A DNA stretch of 32,000 nt from Candidatus Nanosynbacter lyticus (GCF_000803625.1 NZ_CP007496.1:300001-332000), one strand, 5' to 3'; counted from the first letter of the stretch, positions 1 through 9,749 are shown. Notes: generated from the letters alone by a model not told the origin. A program made the numbers and translations.

Positions 1-155
1 AATGTGGCTAAGTGTTGTTCTTTAATACAGGACGAGATTCCATTCCTCTTTCTATTTTCTCCTCAAAAAAAGGAATAAAACCTCATCCTGTGCTAGGCTG
101 CTTGTCAAAGTACGCTTTCGGACAAGGATTTACTCAACTAGTCAACAAAAGCTGA

Positions 156-188
156 TATATATATATCACTAATAGAATAAAATGTCAA
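156..188 (-). promoter_or_regulatory. Candidate leftward promoter: TTGACA (188..183), 17-19 nt spacer, AT-rich -10 (GATATA/TATATA)
   Basis: Reverse complement reads TTGACATTTTTTATTCTATTAGTGATATATATATC. The -35 is perfect; the choice of -10 hexamer is ambiguous. Confidence 0.4.
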
Positions 189-269
189 GCGATTTTGTCA
201 AAAATGTGGTGTAATATTTTTATCAACTCTGTTGCGATCTTGGTGTGTTATATAGTAATTGTAAAAGCT

Positions 270-1256
270 TTAACTCTGCTCTGCTTCTTTCAAGGCCTTA
301 TCCGTCGCCGTTACCAATTCCCGCACAACCTCGTCATAATTCTCGTATACACGGAATCCTGACGCATATGGATGACCGCCACCACCGAAGTAGCCAGCGA
401 CCGTGTCGGCGATTGGGAGGTTGCCGCGTAGGCGGGCGGTCAGTTTGCCGTCGGGATAGGTTTTGATGACACAGCTGAGCGCCACGCCTTCGACTAGTCG
501 TAGTTCATCACCAATCAACGCGCCGGGGTTATAGGCGTCGCTGTAGGCTTGAATTTCCTCAAATGGCACGTGTACCAGCGCCAATTGTCCGTCCAGTAAA
601 TATTCGATGCGCTCAATCAATTTACCTTTGTACGCCAAAATTTCCGGCGATTTCTTCATAAATTCGCGCCGTCGCTCTTCGATTTCGGCATTGGAGGCGC
701 CAAGCTCGGTCAATTCACCAGCGACGTGAAAGGTCGCCGCGGTGGTATTTGGCGTAGTTAAGCCAAGGCTGTCAGACATAATGGCGATTAGCAAATTCTC
801 CGCCGCTTGCCGGTTGATAGTCCAACCAGCGTGGGTGAACAATTGGTACAATAATTCCCCGGTGGCCACCACCGTATCAGATAGTATGGTGTGCTCAAAA
901 CTCAGCGTTGACTCGGCGGTATGGTGGTCAATAACCAGTACCGGATGTGTTTCCAGAAAATGTCTTACTCCAGGTGTTTCTAGTACCTTGCTAAGCAATA
1001 CGTCGGCGCTAGTGTCGACAATAATAGCGGCGTCGGCCTGTGTTGGAAAATCACCAACTACCCTATCCCAGCCGCGTATGTAACGTAGGTATTTGGGGGT
1101 GTCGACCGGACAATATAATGTGACGGACTTTCCCAGGTCGCTCAGCACTTCTTCCAGTGCCAAGCTAGAACCCAGACTGTCGCCGTCAGGGTTTTCAGCT
1201 TGTATAATAACTATATTATTTGCAGATTGGATAAATTGTTTAGCTGTATCGAGCAT
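270..1256 (-). CDS. DHH/DHHA1 family phosphoesterase (NrnA-like bifunctional oligoribonuclease/PAP phosphatase)
   Basis: 328 aa ORF with 'NPDGDSLGSSLALEEVL', 'VLVIDHH' and C-terminal 'GGGGHPYASGF' (DHHA1 GGGH motif). Confidence 0.88.
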   Translation of the reverse strand: MLDTAKQFIQSANNIVIIQAENPDGDSLGSSLALEEVLSDLGKSVTLYCPVDTPKYLRYIRGWDRVVGDFPTQADAAIIVDTSADVLLSKVLETPGVRHFLETHPVLVIDHHTAESTLSFEHTILSDTVVATGELLYQLFTHAGWTINRQAAENLLIAIMSDSLGLTTPNTTAATFHVAGELTELGASNAEIEERRREFMKKSPEILAYKGKLIERIEYLLDGQLALVHVPFEEIQAYSDAYNPGALIGDELRLVEGVALSCVIKTYPDGKLTARLRGNLPIADTVAGYFGGGGHPYASGFRVYENYDEVVRELVTATDKALKEAEQS

Positions 1257-1375
1257 ATATTTATTATAACAAATAGTTTTTATGTCTTTGGTGAGGATTT
1301 TAGGGGCTTAATTTATAGCTATATAGAGACGTTTAACAGATACACTAAAAACGTAAACATTTTTATAAATTATTA

Positions 1376-1404
1376 TTGACAAAATATAAAAATTGTGCTA
1401 GTAT
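1376..1404 (+). promoter_or_regulatory. Sigma70-type promoter TTGACA-N17-TAGTAT for the surface protein gene
   Basis: TTGACA at 1376-1381 and TAGTAT at 1399-1404. A small 5'UTR hairpin (AGCCC...GGGCT, 1415-1431) and an AGAGGAG Shine-Dalgarno sequence precede ATG 1448. Confidence 0.75.
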
Positions 1405-1447
1405 GGGAACATAAAGCCCGAATATTGGGCTGGAAAGAGGAGTTTTT

Positions 1448-2596
1448 ATGAACAAATTTAAGAAAATCGGCATCGCTATTTCTCTGGGAATCGCTTTGTT
1501 CGGTGGAATTTGGCTAGCATCGCCTTCACAGGCTGCCGGCTGTAACAAATTTAATGTCGTTTACTGCGGCACCAATTCTATGTCAGAATTGCAATCGGCA
1601 TATAGCCGTTCGGAGATTAAATCTCTATATAGCCAATGGTATATTACTGAAACCATGATTCAGGGTGGCTCAAACATGCGTGAAGGTGTGGTTGATGCAA
1701 GCGGTAATATTACAGTTGACGGTCGAGTTGTGGCTACAAACGCCGTAACCGTACAGTCTAAGGCTGGTACTCGTCAGCCTACCCCACAGCGTACATATAG
1801 CGCGGCTGGTTATACTTACTACCAGTACACAACTGGCCAGAGCTTTGTGGATGGCCCTAAGAGCTACCGAATCTATGCATGGTTTGATGACAATGGTAAG
1901 TTCATCACCGGTGTTATTAAGGATTGTGGTAACCCAGTTTGGGGTCCACCAACAACACCTCCAGCAAAGCCAGCGCTAACATGTGACGTCCTGCAAGTAG
2001 CTGAAGTTTCTCGTAACACGTTTAAGTTTAGTACAAAAGCAACCGCTAAAGACGGCGCAACTATCACCAGCTACACTTACGACTTCGGTGATGGTAATAC
2101 TCAGACAACTACCTCATCTGAAATCCAACACACTTACGCAAAAGCTGGTAACTATAAAGTTACTGTTACGGTAAACGGCAAAGAGGCTGGTGAAGTTAAA
2201 AGGCAGAGCCCAAACTGCGAAAAGACTATCACGGTTAAAGACGAGCCTAAAATTCAAGTTTGTGATTTAGCAACAAAGAAATACCCAGTAACTATTAAAG
2301 AGTCTGAATTCAATGAGAAAAAGCACTCAAAGAATCCAAATGACTGTAAAGAGGCTCCTTCTAAGATTAAGGTGTGTGTGATTAAGACTAAAGAAATTCG
2401 TGAAATTAAGAAAGAAGAATTCAACGAGTTAAATCATACGACGGATATGAGTAAGTGTCAGGAAACTCCTGCCACTCCTACGCCTTCTCCAGAGTTGCCA
2501 ACGACTGGTGCAGGCGACGTGATTATGTCAGCACTAGGCCTGGGTGGATTGACCGCAGCTACTATCGCTTATGTTGTTAGCCGCCGCCAAATGTAA
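1448..2596 (+). CDS. Secreted PKD-domain surface protein with LPTTG sortase-type anchor
   Basis: N-terminal signal peptide (MNKFKKIGIAISLGIALFGGIWLASPSQAAG), PKD-like 'YTYDFGDGNTQTTTSSEIQHTYAKAGNYKVTVTV', C-terminal 'LPTTGAGDVIMSALGLGGLTAATIAYVVSRRQM' (LPXTG motif, hydrophobic stretch, basic tail). Confidence 0.8.
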   Translation: MNKFKKIGIAISLGIALFGGIWLASPSQAAGCNKFNVVYCGTNSMSELQSAYSRSEIKSLYSQWYITETMIQGGSNMREGVVDASGNITVDGRVVATNAVTVQSKAGTRQPTPQRTYSAAGYTYYQYTTGQSFVDGPKSYRIYAWFDDNGKFITGVIKDCGNPVWGPPTTPPAKPALTCDVLQVAEVSRNTFKFSTKATAKDGATITSYTYDFGDGNTQTTTSSEIQHTYAKAGNYKVTVTVNGKEAGEVKRQSPNCEKTITVKDEPKIQVCDLATKKYPVTIKESEFNEKKHSKNPNDCKEAPSKIKVCVIKTKEIREIKKEEFNELNHTTDMSKCQETPATPTPSPELPTTGAGDVIMSALGLGGLTAATIAYVVSRRQM

Positions 2597-2616
2597 TAGG
2601 CTAAGCTAATAGAAAA

Positions 2617-2641
2617 ATACCCGCCATAATCAGGCGGGTAT
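2617..2641. terminator. Bidirectional intrinsic terminator between convergent genes
   Basis: ATACCCGCC-ATAATCA-GGCGGGTAT with flanking A and T tracts, between the 1448-2596 (+) and recR (-) 3' ends. Confidence 0.85.
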
Positions 2642-2664
2642 TTTATTGGCTTTAAGGTGTGAGA

Positions 2665-3282
2665 TTATAGTTTTTTCCGACCTTCTAAGGCGTGCGTTAA
2701 TGTAATCTGATCTGCATATTCAAGGTCAACACCGACTGGTATGCCGCGCGCCAAGCGAGTAATTGTAGTACCTAATCCAGCTTCCTGGATGTAGCGCTGT
2801 AAAAACAAAGCAGTAGACTCACCCTCGACTGAGGCGTTAGTGGCGATAATAATTTCCTGTACGTCGTCGGTTTTTATACGCTCAATTAGCTCAGGAATAT
2901 GCAGTTGCTCCGGTCCAATATTATCGATTGGCGAAATCACGCCACCTAGTACATGATAGGTGCCGGTAAATTGTTTTGTTCTCTCTAGCGCAATAATGTC
3001 TAGCGGCTCTTCAACTACGCAAACAAGCTGTCTATTTCTGCCCTGGTCTGCGTATAGTGGCGAAACGTCGTCGCTAGCATCAATCAGCGCAAATGTTTTT
3101 GGGCAAGTTTTTACGTGGTCATGTAGTCGATCCAGTGAGCGCGCCAACTGCTTAGCAGATTTAGGATCACGGCGTAAAACCGCGTAAGCGTATCTCTCTG
3201 CTGTCCGCGGTCCTACTCCGGGTAAATTACCAAAATCATCAATTAAAGCCGTTAAGGCTTTGGGTAAAATGTCAGTTGACAT
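2665..3282 (-). CDS. recR: Recombination mediator protein RecR
   Basis: 205 aa; 'LPGVGPRTAERYAYAVLRR', 'YHVLGGVISPIDNIGPEQLHIPELIERI', 'TRLARGIPVGVDLEYADQITLTHALEGR'. The zinc-finger region is degenerate compared with the classical four-Cys RecR. Confidence 0.93.
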   Translation of the reverse strand: MSTDILPKALTALIDDFGNLPGVGPRTAERYAYAVLRRDPKSAKQLARSLDRLHDHVKTCPKTFALIDASDDVSPLYADQGRNRQLVCVVEEPLDIIALERTKQFTGTYHVLGGVISPIDNIGPEQLHIPELIERIKTDDVQEIIIATNASVEGESTALFLQRYIQEAGLGTTITRLARGIPVGVDLEYADQITLTHALEGRKKL

Positions 3283-3286
3283 GATC

Positions 3287-3577
3287 TTAGAATGGCAAGT
3301 TTCCTAGGCCGCCCATCAATGGCTTCATGGTTTCAGCGGCAACTTCCTGAGCCTTAGCCATACCGTCGCGAACCGCAATTTCAATCCAGTGCTCTAGTTC
3401 TTCAATGTTCTCTAAGTCAACCATTTCTGGGTCAATTTTTACTGACTTGATTTTTAGTTCGCCACTAATTTGCACCACTACCGCACCATCACCAGCCTCA
3501 ACTTCAATGATTTCCTTGCCTAATTGTTTCTGTGCTTTACGTAGCTGTTGCAACATTTTTACTTGATCAAATGCCAT
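3287..3577 (-). CDS. YbaB/EbfC family nucleoid-associated protein
   Basis: 96 aa; 'VKMLQQLRKAQKQLGKEIIEVEAGDGAVVVQISGELKIKSVKIDPEMVD', with a short gap upstream of recR in the usual YbaB-RecR order. Confidence 0.88.
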   Translation of the reverse strand: MAFDQVKMLQQLRKAQKQLGKEIIEVEAGDGAVVVQISGELKIKSVKIDPEMVDLENIEELEHWIEIAVRDGMAKAQEVAAETMKPLMGGLGNLPF

Positions 3578-3609
3578 ATTCCTCCTTATTTAATATGTAT
3601 AATTATACC

Positions 3610-5073
3610 TTATTTTTTGTCAGATGTGTAGACGTAGAAGCGGTCCCCGCCCTGGTTGTGTTCGCTGACGATAATTGAAGATAAATGGCCTGAGTAGGTT
3701 TTTGGTATGGTGTTTTTTGTGGCATGGCTGACGTATAGTGTTTGTCCGACTTTTTCTGGTGCCGTGCGGATAATTGATATTTTATGATAACTATGTTTTT
3801 GGAGCGCTTCGTAAATTGGCGATTCTTCTTTGCTGACTAATAGAGAGAACGAGTCAGTTGGTGCGGTATTTTTTTGTAAGAGAGACAAGTCTTTATTAAA
3901 ATGTGAAACAGCCTCTGGGAAATAGCGATAACTATCAATGTAGCGGAAGCTACCACCCGCCACCATAACAATAATTAAGAGAGATATAAGAACTAATCCT
4001 GTGCCGCGAGCGTAAGGGTTGCGCGGGAAAAGCCCGTACCACATAGCCATTAGGGATTCCAGGCCGACTGCCAGCAGAATGAATAGTGGAACGATGATAA
4101 TTGGTGTTAAGCTTGGCTGGAAGATTAGTAGGGCTATTGCTAAAACTAGCCATGACCAAATCATAAATGAGCGGGCGCTGGCAATTTTTTGGAAGCTGCG
4201 AACCAATCCTAATCCGATTAGAATCATGGCGTTAAAGTCCATGATTGGTGTAATTTGGTTGCCTACGACTGACGGGAATATACGAAGATAGGTGTAGTAT
4301 AGGGTTTTAAGATTGGCGAACATATCAAAACTGAGATTATTAATGCCAATGAGACTATGAAATAGCGCGTGAGATTTATAACACAGAAAGCCAATTCCGA
4401 GAATTATTGTGAGTAGAATAGTCAACGGTAAAATCCAGGACCCTCGATGTTTTCTGGAGATAAGAAAGTAGCGTGGGTGTGGGTGGAGAAAGGCGATAAT
4501 CAGGAGTCCTAAATTGATATACCAAAGATATGGAGTAAAGAGGCTGAAGGCTGTGGTGATAGCTAGTCCAATCCGCCAGAGTGAAGCTTTTGGCGCTTTC
4601 TGAAGAATGAGCGTCGCAAAAAGTAGTGTTAGGGCGGTATAGAAAATATATAAAACGCCAACGGTTGCGCTCTGTCCTATGAATAGGAATTGACCGGTGC
4701 TAATCATGATAAGTAGCGATAAGATGGTCGTGGAGGGCTTAAACCAGCGTTTAAGTAGGAAGAATATGGCTATGGAGCTAATGATCGACAGCAGGACGGC
4801 TGGGGCTTTAATTGTCAGTAAGCTGACGCCAAATAGCTTGAAAAATGCTAGCTGAAGTAGATGAAACGGTAAGTTGGCTGTGGCAAGTCCTTCTGAGCTA
4901 AATTTCAAGTGGTTTGTGGTATTAACCATGTCAATTTCTGCTTGAGACAGTCCGCCTGGTGCGCGTAAAGCGGAAACCGTAACAGCCCCTATGTACAATA
5001 ATACCAACAGAGTATATCCGAAAGCATAGCGCCATCGGTAAAGAAAAATATCAGTAACTTTTTGCTTTTTCAT
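3610..5073 (-). CDS. Multi-TM membrane protein, ArnT/GT39-like glycosyltransferase
   Basis: 487 aa with many predicted TM segments. The N-terminus 'GGLSQAEIDMVNTTNHL...PFHLLQLAFFKLFGVSLLTIKAPAVLLSII' resembles GT39/PMT family architecture. Confidence 0.6.
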   Translation of the reverse strand: MKKQKVTDIFLYRWRYAFGYTLLVLLYIGAVTVSALRAPGGLSQAEIDMVNTTNHLKFSSEGLATANLPFHLLQLAFFKLFGVSLLTIKAPAVLLSIISSIAIFFLLKRWFKPSTTILSLLIMISTGQFLFIGQSATVGVLYIFYTALTLLFATLILQKAPKASLWRIGLAITTAFSLFTPYLWYINLGLLIIAFLHPHPRYFLISRKHRGSWILPLTILLTIILGIGFLCYKSHALFHSLIGINNLSFDMFANLKTLYYTYLRIFPSVVGNQITPIMDFNAMILIGLGLVRSFQKIASARSFMIWSWLVLAIALLIFQPSLTPIIIVPLFILLAVGLESLMAMWYGLFPRNPYARGTGLVLISLLIIVMVAGGSFRYIDSYRYFPEAVSHFNKDLSLLQKNTAPTDSFSLLVSKEESPIYEALQKHSYHKISIIRTAPEKVGQTLYVSHATKNTIPKTYSGHLSSIIVSEHNQGGDRFYVYTSDKK

Positions 5074-5094
5074 TGGTATGATTATAGCACAATT

Positions 5095-6444
5095 CTATTC
5101 GTGCTTGCGATCCAGGCTCATGAAGCGGAGGCGCTCTGGGTGGAAGTACAATTGGACTTTTCCGACGGGGCCGTTACGGTGCTTAGCGATGATTAGGTCG
5201 GTGATGTTTTGGACTTCCGGGTTGTCTGGTTCGTAATATCCTGGGCGATAAATGAAGCTGACGATATCGGCGTCCTGCTCGATGGATCCAGATTCACGTA
5301 GGTCAGCCAGTTGTGGAATTGGCGGGGTGCGCGATTCGACTGAACGACTCAACTGACTTAGCGCAATCAGTGGTACATTGAGCTCACGGGCAATTAACTT
5401 CAAGCCACGGGAAATTTCCGATACTTCCTGGACGCGGTTACCATTGTGATTGCCGTTGGCCTGCATCAGCTGTAAGTAGTCAACGATGATTAGTCCCAGT
5501 TGATTCTCATGAGCAATTCTGCGAGCTTTAGTGCGCATCTCTAGAACCGAAAGTCCCGGCGTATCGTCAATGTAAATCGGTGCTTCGGCCATCTCGCCCA
5601 TGGCTTCGGACAATTTGGCAAAATCATTATCGCTCAAGTTTCCAGTGCGAATATTCCAGCTGTCGACGCCTGAAGCATCTGCCAGCATACGGTCAACCAA
5701 TTGTTCTTTACTCATCTCTAGGCTAAAGAACAGCACCGGCTTTTTCTCAATTGTCGCCACATTGTATGCTAAGTTAGTCACTAGTGTGGTCTTACCCATG
5801 GCCGGACGAGCCGCCAGGATGATCAAGTCGGACTTCTGTAGTCCAGCCGTCATATTGTCAAGGTCGCGATATCCAGTACGGACGCCCCGTAGAGAGCCTT
5901 TATTTTTGCTAAGCTCTTCAATTCGGTCAAAACTGTCCGTCAGAATGCTCTCTAAGCTCACTAAATCTTGTTTGGTTGATTGGTCGGAAACACTGAATAA
6001 TTCAGCCTCAGCTTTTTCTAGCAGTTCCTGCGTTGTCGTAGATTCGTCATAGCCAAGTTCAGAAATGTCACCACTCGCCTTAATAAGTCGTCGACGCACT
6101 GCCGTTTGCGCTACCATCTCGGCGTATGCTGAGGCGTGCGCTGCTGTCGGTACGTAGTTTGTCAGTTCTGTTAGGTAGGCCGATCCACCAACCATCTCCA
6201 GCTCATCTTTACGTTTTAATTCATCTGTTAGTGTCAACAAATCAACTGGCTTATGTTTTTCAAATAAGCGCATCATCCCGGCAAAAATCAGTCCGTGGTT
6301 TTTGTCATAAAAATCGTTAGCGTGAGTGATCTCCGCAGCATCCGCCAGGACTTCCTCGTCAATTAAAACAGCTCCAAGCAGACTCTTCTCTGCGTCTAAA
6401 TTTTGTGGTGGAATTTTTCCGTTCGCGTTGCCTTTATCTGCCAT
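5095..6444 (-). CDS. dnaB: Replicative DNA helicase DnaB
   Basis: 449 aa; 'PPQNLDAEKSLLGAVLID', 'LIILAARPAMGKTTLV', 'FFSLEMSKEQLVDRMLA', 'VDYLQLM', 'QLSRSVESR'. No intein. Confidence 0.97.
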   Translation of the reverse strand: MADKGNANGKIPPQNLDAEKSLLGAVLIDEEVLADAAEITHANDFYDKNHGLIFAGMMRLFEKHKPVDLLTLTDELKRKDELEMVGGSAYLTELTNYVPTAAHASAYAEMVAQTAVRRRLIKASGDISELGYDESTTTQELLEKAEAELFSVSDQSTKQDLVSLESILTDSFDRIEELSKNKGSLRGVRTGYRDLDNMTAGLQKSDLIILAARPAMGKTTLVTNLAYNVATIEKKPVLFFSLEMSKEQLVDRMLADASGVDSWNIRTGNLSDNDFAKLSEAMGEMAEAPIYIDDTPGLSVLEMRTKARRIAHENQLGLIIVDYLQLMQANGNHNGNRVQEVSEISRGLKLIARELNVPLIALSQLSRSVESRTPPIPQLADLRESGSIEQDADIVSFIYRPGYYEPDNPEVQNITDLIIAKHRNGPVGKVQLYFHPERLRFMSLDRKHE

Positions 6445-7892
6445 TAAATATCCTCCAATTTAACCTCTTCGCCGCCACCCATCAATTCGGCAATTTTCGC
6501 CAGCTTTTTATCCTCTGGCGGTTTCTTCTCTCCAATTATATCAATTTCTAGCTCCATGCCTGTCTCTTCCGTGATTATCTCCGCAATTAATGGCCGATTT
6601 TTGGCGTCGTCCAGTTTCTTCTTGTAAAACGCGGTGCCGGCGTAAATTGTTAATTTTTCTCCATCAAATGCCCACTGGCTTTTTTGCAGTAAAGAAGATA
6701 GCCCAAGGGATTTTTCTTTTGCCTTTTCAACTACTTTGTCCCAATCTATTTCTAATGGAGTGTCAGTTTTCTTTGGTTTTGCAGTGGGTTTCTTCGGCGG
6801 CTCCACTGTCTTTTCCTCTTTCTCAAGAGGCTTTTCTACTGGTTTAGCTGGAGCAGTCGGTTTGGCTGGTGCTGAAATTGTAGGCTGCTTTTTAACTATG
6901 GTTTCGGCGACATTTTTCTTTGGCGTAATTGGATTTTTACTGGCCTGAGAATCGCAATTCATAAATATCGTCAATAATTTTAAGTCCGGATGCGGGTGCC
7001 GATCAACCTCAATTAACTGCTGGACTAGCTTGACCAGATTTGGGTTTTGCCGTAGTTTATTACGTGCAATTGATAGTAACTGGTGGGAAACGACTACTGA
7101 ATTGGCGCCATTATTTTCTAAATCCCTGAAGACATCTAAGATTTGCTCATTATTGCCAGTCTGGTATAAATCCAGTAATCCGTTAAGTTTTGAAGTGTCG
7201 CTTAGACCTAAATATTCGGCGACCATAGCACTGGTCAATGGTTGGTCGGGTGTTGCCAAAATTGATAATTGGTCTAGCATACTGATCCCGTCGCGAAACC
7301 CGCCGCGCGAGCGCTCAGCAATCAACCGTGCGGCGCCTTCCTCAATGCCAAAGCCCTCTTTTTCGGCAATGTTCATGAGCTGGCGTGCCATAATTTCTGT
7401 CGGGATTGGACGGAAGAAAAATTGCTGGACGCGACTGAGGATGGTGGCGGGCAGCTTGTCGGCGTCGGTGGTAGCCAAGATGAATACTACGTGCGCTGGT
7501 GGTTCCTCCAGGGTTTTTAATAGTGCGTTGAAGGCAGGCTTGGACAGCATGTGGACTTCGTCGATGATGTAGATTTTCTTCGGCGCGGAAACGGGCGCGA
7601 CTTGTGCTTTCTCGCGCAGGGCGCGGATGTCGTCGACGCCGTTGTTGCTGGCGGCGTCAATTTCGATGATGTCCAGGTGTGACACTTCCTCGTCATACGG
7701 CAGCTGATTGATCTCATGCGCCAAAATGCGCGCTACGCTGGTTTTTCCGACGCCGCGCGGACCCGTCAGCAAATACGCATGGGCGATTTTCCCCTGCTCC
7801 AAGGCTCGGCGCAAAATGTTGGTCACGTGATCTTGCCCCAACACCTCGTCCAAGCTACGACTGCGATATTTGCGGTACAGCGCCTGACTCAT
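6444..7892 (-). CDS. dnaX: DNA polymerase III subunit gamma/tau
   Basis: 'MSQALYRKYRSRSLDEVLGQDHVTNILRRALEQGKIAHAYLLTGPRGVGKTSVARILA', 'IDAASNNGVDDIR', 'EVHMLSKPAFNALLKTLEEPP'. The ORF is open to 7916, but the conserved start is the internal ATG (MSQALYRKYR) at 7892. Confidence 0.95.
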   Translation of the reverse strand: MSQALYRKYRSRSLDEVLGQDHVTNILRRALEQGKIAHAYLLTGPRGVGKTSVARILAHEINQLPYDEEVSHLDIIEIDAASNNGVDDIRALREKAQVAPVSAPKKIYIIDEVHMLSKPAFNALLKTLEEPPAHVVFILATTDADKLPATILSRVQQFFFRPIPTEIMARQLMNIAEKEGFGIEEGAARLIAERSRGGFRDGISMLDQLSILATPDQPLTSAMVAEYLGLSDTSKLNGLLDLYQTGNNEQILDVFRDLENNGANSVVVSHQLLSIARNKLRQNPNLVKLVQQLIEVDRHPHPDLKLLTIFMNCDSQASKNPITPKKNVAETIVKKQPTISAPAKPTAPAKPVEKPLEKEEKTVEPPKKPTAKPKKTDTPLEIDWDKVVEKAKEKSLGLSSLLQKSQWAFDGEKLTIYAGTAFYKKKLDDAKNRPLIAEIITEETGMELEIDIIGEKKPPEDKKLAKIAELMGGGEEVKLEDI

Positions 7893-7944
7893 TCCCTCAC
7901 ATTCCTCATGGGACAATTATAGCAGAAAACAGCGTCTAGTGTAT

Positions 7945-8355
7945 TTATGGATAGCGTAGGTCGACTTTGTGCTTAGTTTCGGCGACATAAAAACGGTAAT
8001 AACTATCAGTATCTGATACAGTCGGATTTTCAAGTATTTCGTCATTTTCTTTTATCTCAATATATTCATCGTTTTCGTACGGCTTGATAAGCTTAGTAAA
8101 TTCAAACGCATATTCACCAGAAATATTTTTTAGCTCTTGGCTCTGATCTATTGGATCGGCATAGTCGGTCATAACTAATACTAGGAATCGTCCGTTATTA
8201 TCGGCGAATAGATGAAACGTGGTGTCGGGGTATAATGGCACTAGCGGTGCGAACTGTCGAACATACCCCAATTTTTCGAGAATTGGAAATGCTTCAAAAA
8301 CTATATTTGGAAATACGAAGTTTGAATAGTTATTCATAAATAAGTATTGTATCAA
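7945..8355 (-). CDS. Hypothetical protein
   Basis: 136 aa ORF whose stop region overlaps nothing. It overlaps the downstream end of the DUF2797-like gene by 4 nt, consistent with an operon. Confidence 0.6.
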   Translation of the reverse strand: MIQYLFMNNYSNFVFPNIVFEAFPILEKLGYVRQFAPLVPLYPDTTFHLFADNNGRFLVLVMTDYADPIDQSQELKNISGEYAFEFTKLIKPYENDEYIEIKENDEILENPTVSDTDSYYRFYVAETKHKVDLRYP

Positions 8356-9224
8356 AATAGCGTCAACTGCTCGCTTGGTAGTTCCAGCTCAATATCTCCA
8401 GTAATTTTATGCGCCTGGTAGCCGATGAACTTTTTGAGATTGTAAGCTAGTAGCTGGTCTTTATGCTCGGTGATGACAATCGAGCCAATAACGCTGTGGA
8501 CGCGCCCGACAAGTTTATTTTGGTCTTTCATGATTATAGCTAGTGCTAGATCGATGTCGTTAGTATGAAAATAATCTTCGCAAGCAATTAGCTCGGATTT
8601 TGGAAATAACACACCAATCTTTTGCTCAATTTCAAGTAGTTTTTGCCGCAACTTCTTCTCGCCAGCTGCGCGTTCAAAAGGTTGCTTTATAAGCTCAAGT
8701 TTTTTATGAATCGGCATAGTCTCGACAATTCCGTCCAGCGCGGAAATTTTCGCCTCGTATTGTCGAGCAATTAACGCCGAAGAGAATGTCTCCAATTTTA
8801 ACGCTAAGCGCGCTCCCTGCTCCAGCAATCGCCGAATGCCGCGTTCTTCTTGCGAGATGCCGACTTTAATGACTCCTGGCGCGAAATATGCCAGATAGAC
8901 GAAGTGCGGGTTTTGATTAATCTTTTCTTGCTGTGCTGACACCGAATCGGCGTTATAAAACGCAGGATTAAAACCAGTCCGATCACGGCATTTCAGGCAG
9001 TTTTCATATTTGCCGTCAACCGTGGTGGAATCTGGACAAATTTGGCTGCAATGATTTTCAAAATCTACCCAGCCAGTGCAATATTTGGTCGAGAAGTCAA
9101 ATTCAAGCGATAAATCTTGCCCAAACAATTCCCGCCGCTCAATTTCGTCACCAACCTGACAGTCAATAAACGGCTTATTCTCGTTATTAAAACTGACGTA
9201 AGCGAGTAAAAAATCACTCGGCAT
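8352..9224 (-). CDS. DUF2797-like protein with N-terminal Cys-rich region
   Basis: 290 aa; 'CLKCRDRTGFNPAFYN...QNPHFVYLAYFAPGVIKVGISQEERGIRRLLEQGARLALKLETFSSALIARQYEAKIS' resembles the DUF2797 core. Confidence 0.7.
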   Translation of the reverse strand: MPSDFLLAYVSFNNENKPFIDCQVGDEIERRELFGQDLSLEFDFSTKYCTGWVDFENHCSQICPDSTTVDGKYENCLKCRDRTGFNPAFYNADSVSAQQEKINQNPHFVYLAYFAPGVIKVGISQEERGIRRLLEQGARLALKLETFSSALIARQYEAKISALDGIVETMPIHKKLELIKQPFERAAGEKKLRQKLLEIEQKIGVLFPKSELIACEDYFHTNDIDLALAIIMKDQNKLVGRVHSVIGSIVITEHKDQLLAYNLKKFIGYQAHKITGDIELELPSEQLTLF

Positions 9225-9233
9225 AAGTTTCCT

Positions 9234-9749
9234 TTACAGTGCTGCTTCGACAGCTGCCCAGGTAGCGTCAGGATTGTCTTCTGGGATGATGATGGTGACT
9301 TGGTCGCCAATGTTAATGCGGAAATAAGTGACGCTGGCGAGTAAAATACGATACTCACGACCAGAAGCCTCAACGTAATAGACGCCGTCGTGTTGGACGA
9401 GCGTGCCGATGACCTGCTTGCGTGGCACTGGGCCGATTTGCTTATAGATAAAGCTGCCGTCTTCTGCGATGGTCAATTTCATCAAATCACCCTCAACCAG
9501 CTTAGACTTCGAAGCGTAATTGGCAGGGATTGGGTAATTTTTTCCGTCAGGACTAAGCATCATTTGCCCGTCAAATACACCTTCGATAACTTTTCCAGTT
9601 ACGTTATCAGATGAGGTCTTTGGTGTGACCACTTGCCCATCGTCACCGATGATGCTGATTAATAGTTCTTTTGCAGCAGCTAAGTTAGTTTCCGCCTCTT
9701 GAATAAGTGTCCGAAGACGCTTAATTTGTTTTTCTGGTAATTCAGACAT
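9234..9749 (-). CDS. Conserved-type hypothetical protein (N-terminal coiled coil, beta-rich C-terminus)
   Basis: 171 aa ORF 'MSELPEKQIKRLRTLIQEAETNLAAAKELL...GKVIEGVFDGQMMLSPDGKNYPIP', preceded by GGAATTGCGAGAACC. Confidence 0.6.
   Translation of the reverse strand: MSELPEKQIKRLRTLIQEAETNLAAAKELLISIIGDDGQVVTPKTSSDNVTGKVIEGVFDGQMMLSPDGKNYPIPANYASKSKLVEGDLMKLTIAEDGSFIYKQIGPVPRKQVIGTLVQHDGVYYVEASGREYRILLASVTYFRINIGDQVTIIIPEDNPDATWAAVEAAL

Noticed and set aside
245-466. 73-aa plus-strand ORF
   Set aside because: It overlaps antisense to the well-supported DHH phosphoesterase and has no recognisable domain or Shine-Dalgarno sequence.
6444-7892. Programmed frameshift in dnaX producing gamma
   Set aside because: A-rich runs occur in the C-terminal half, but no clear slippery heptamer with downstream structure and an early alternate-frame stop could be established by eye.
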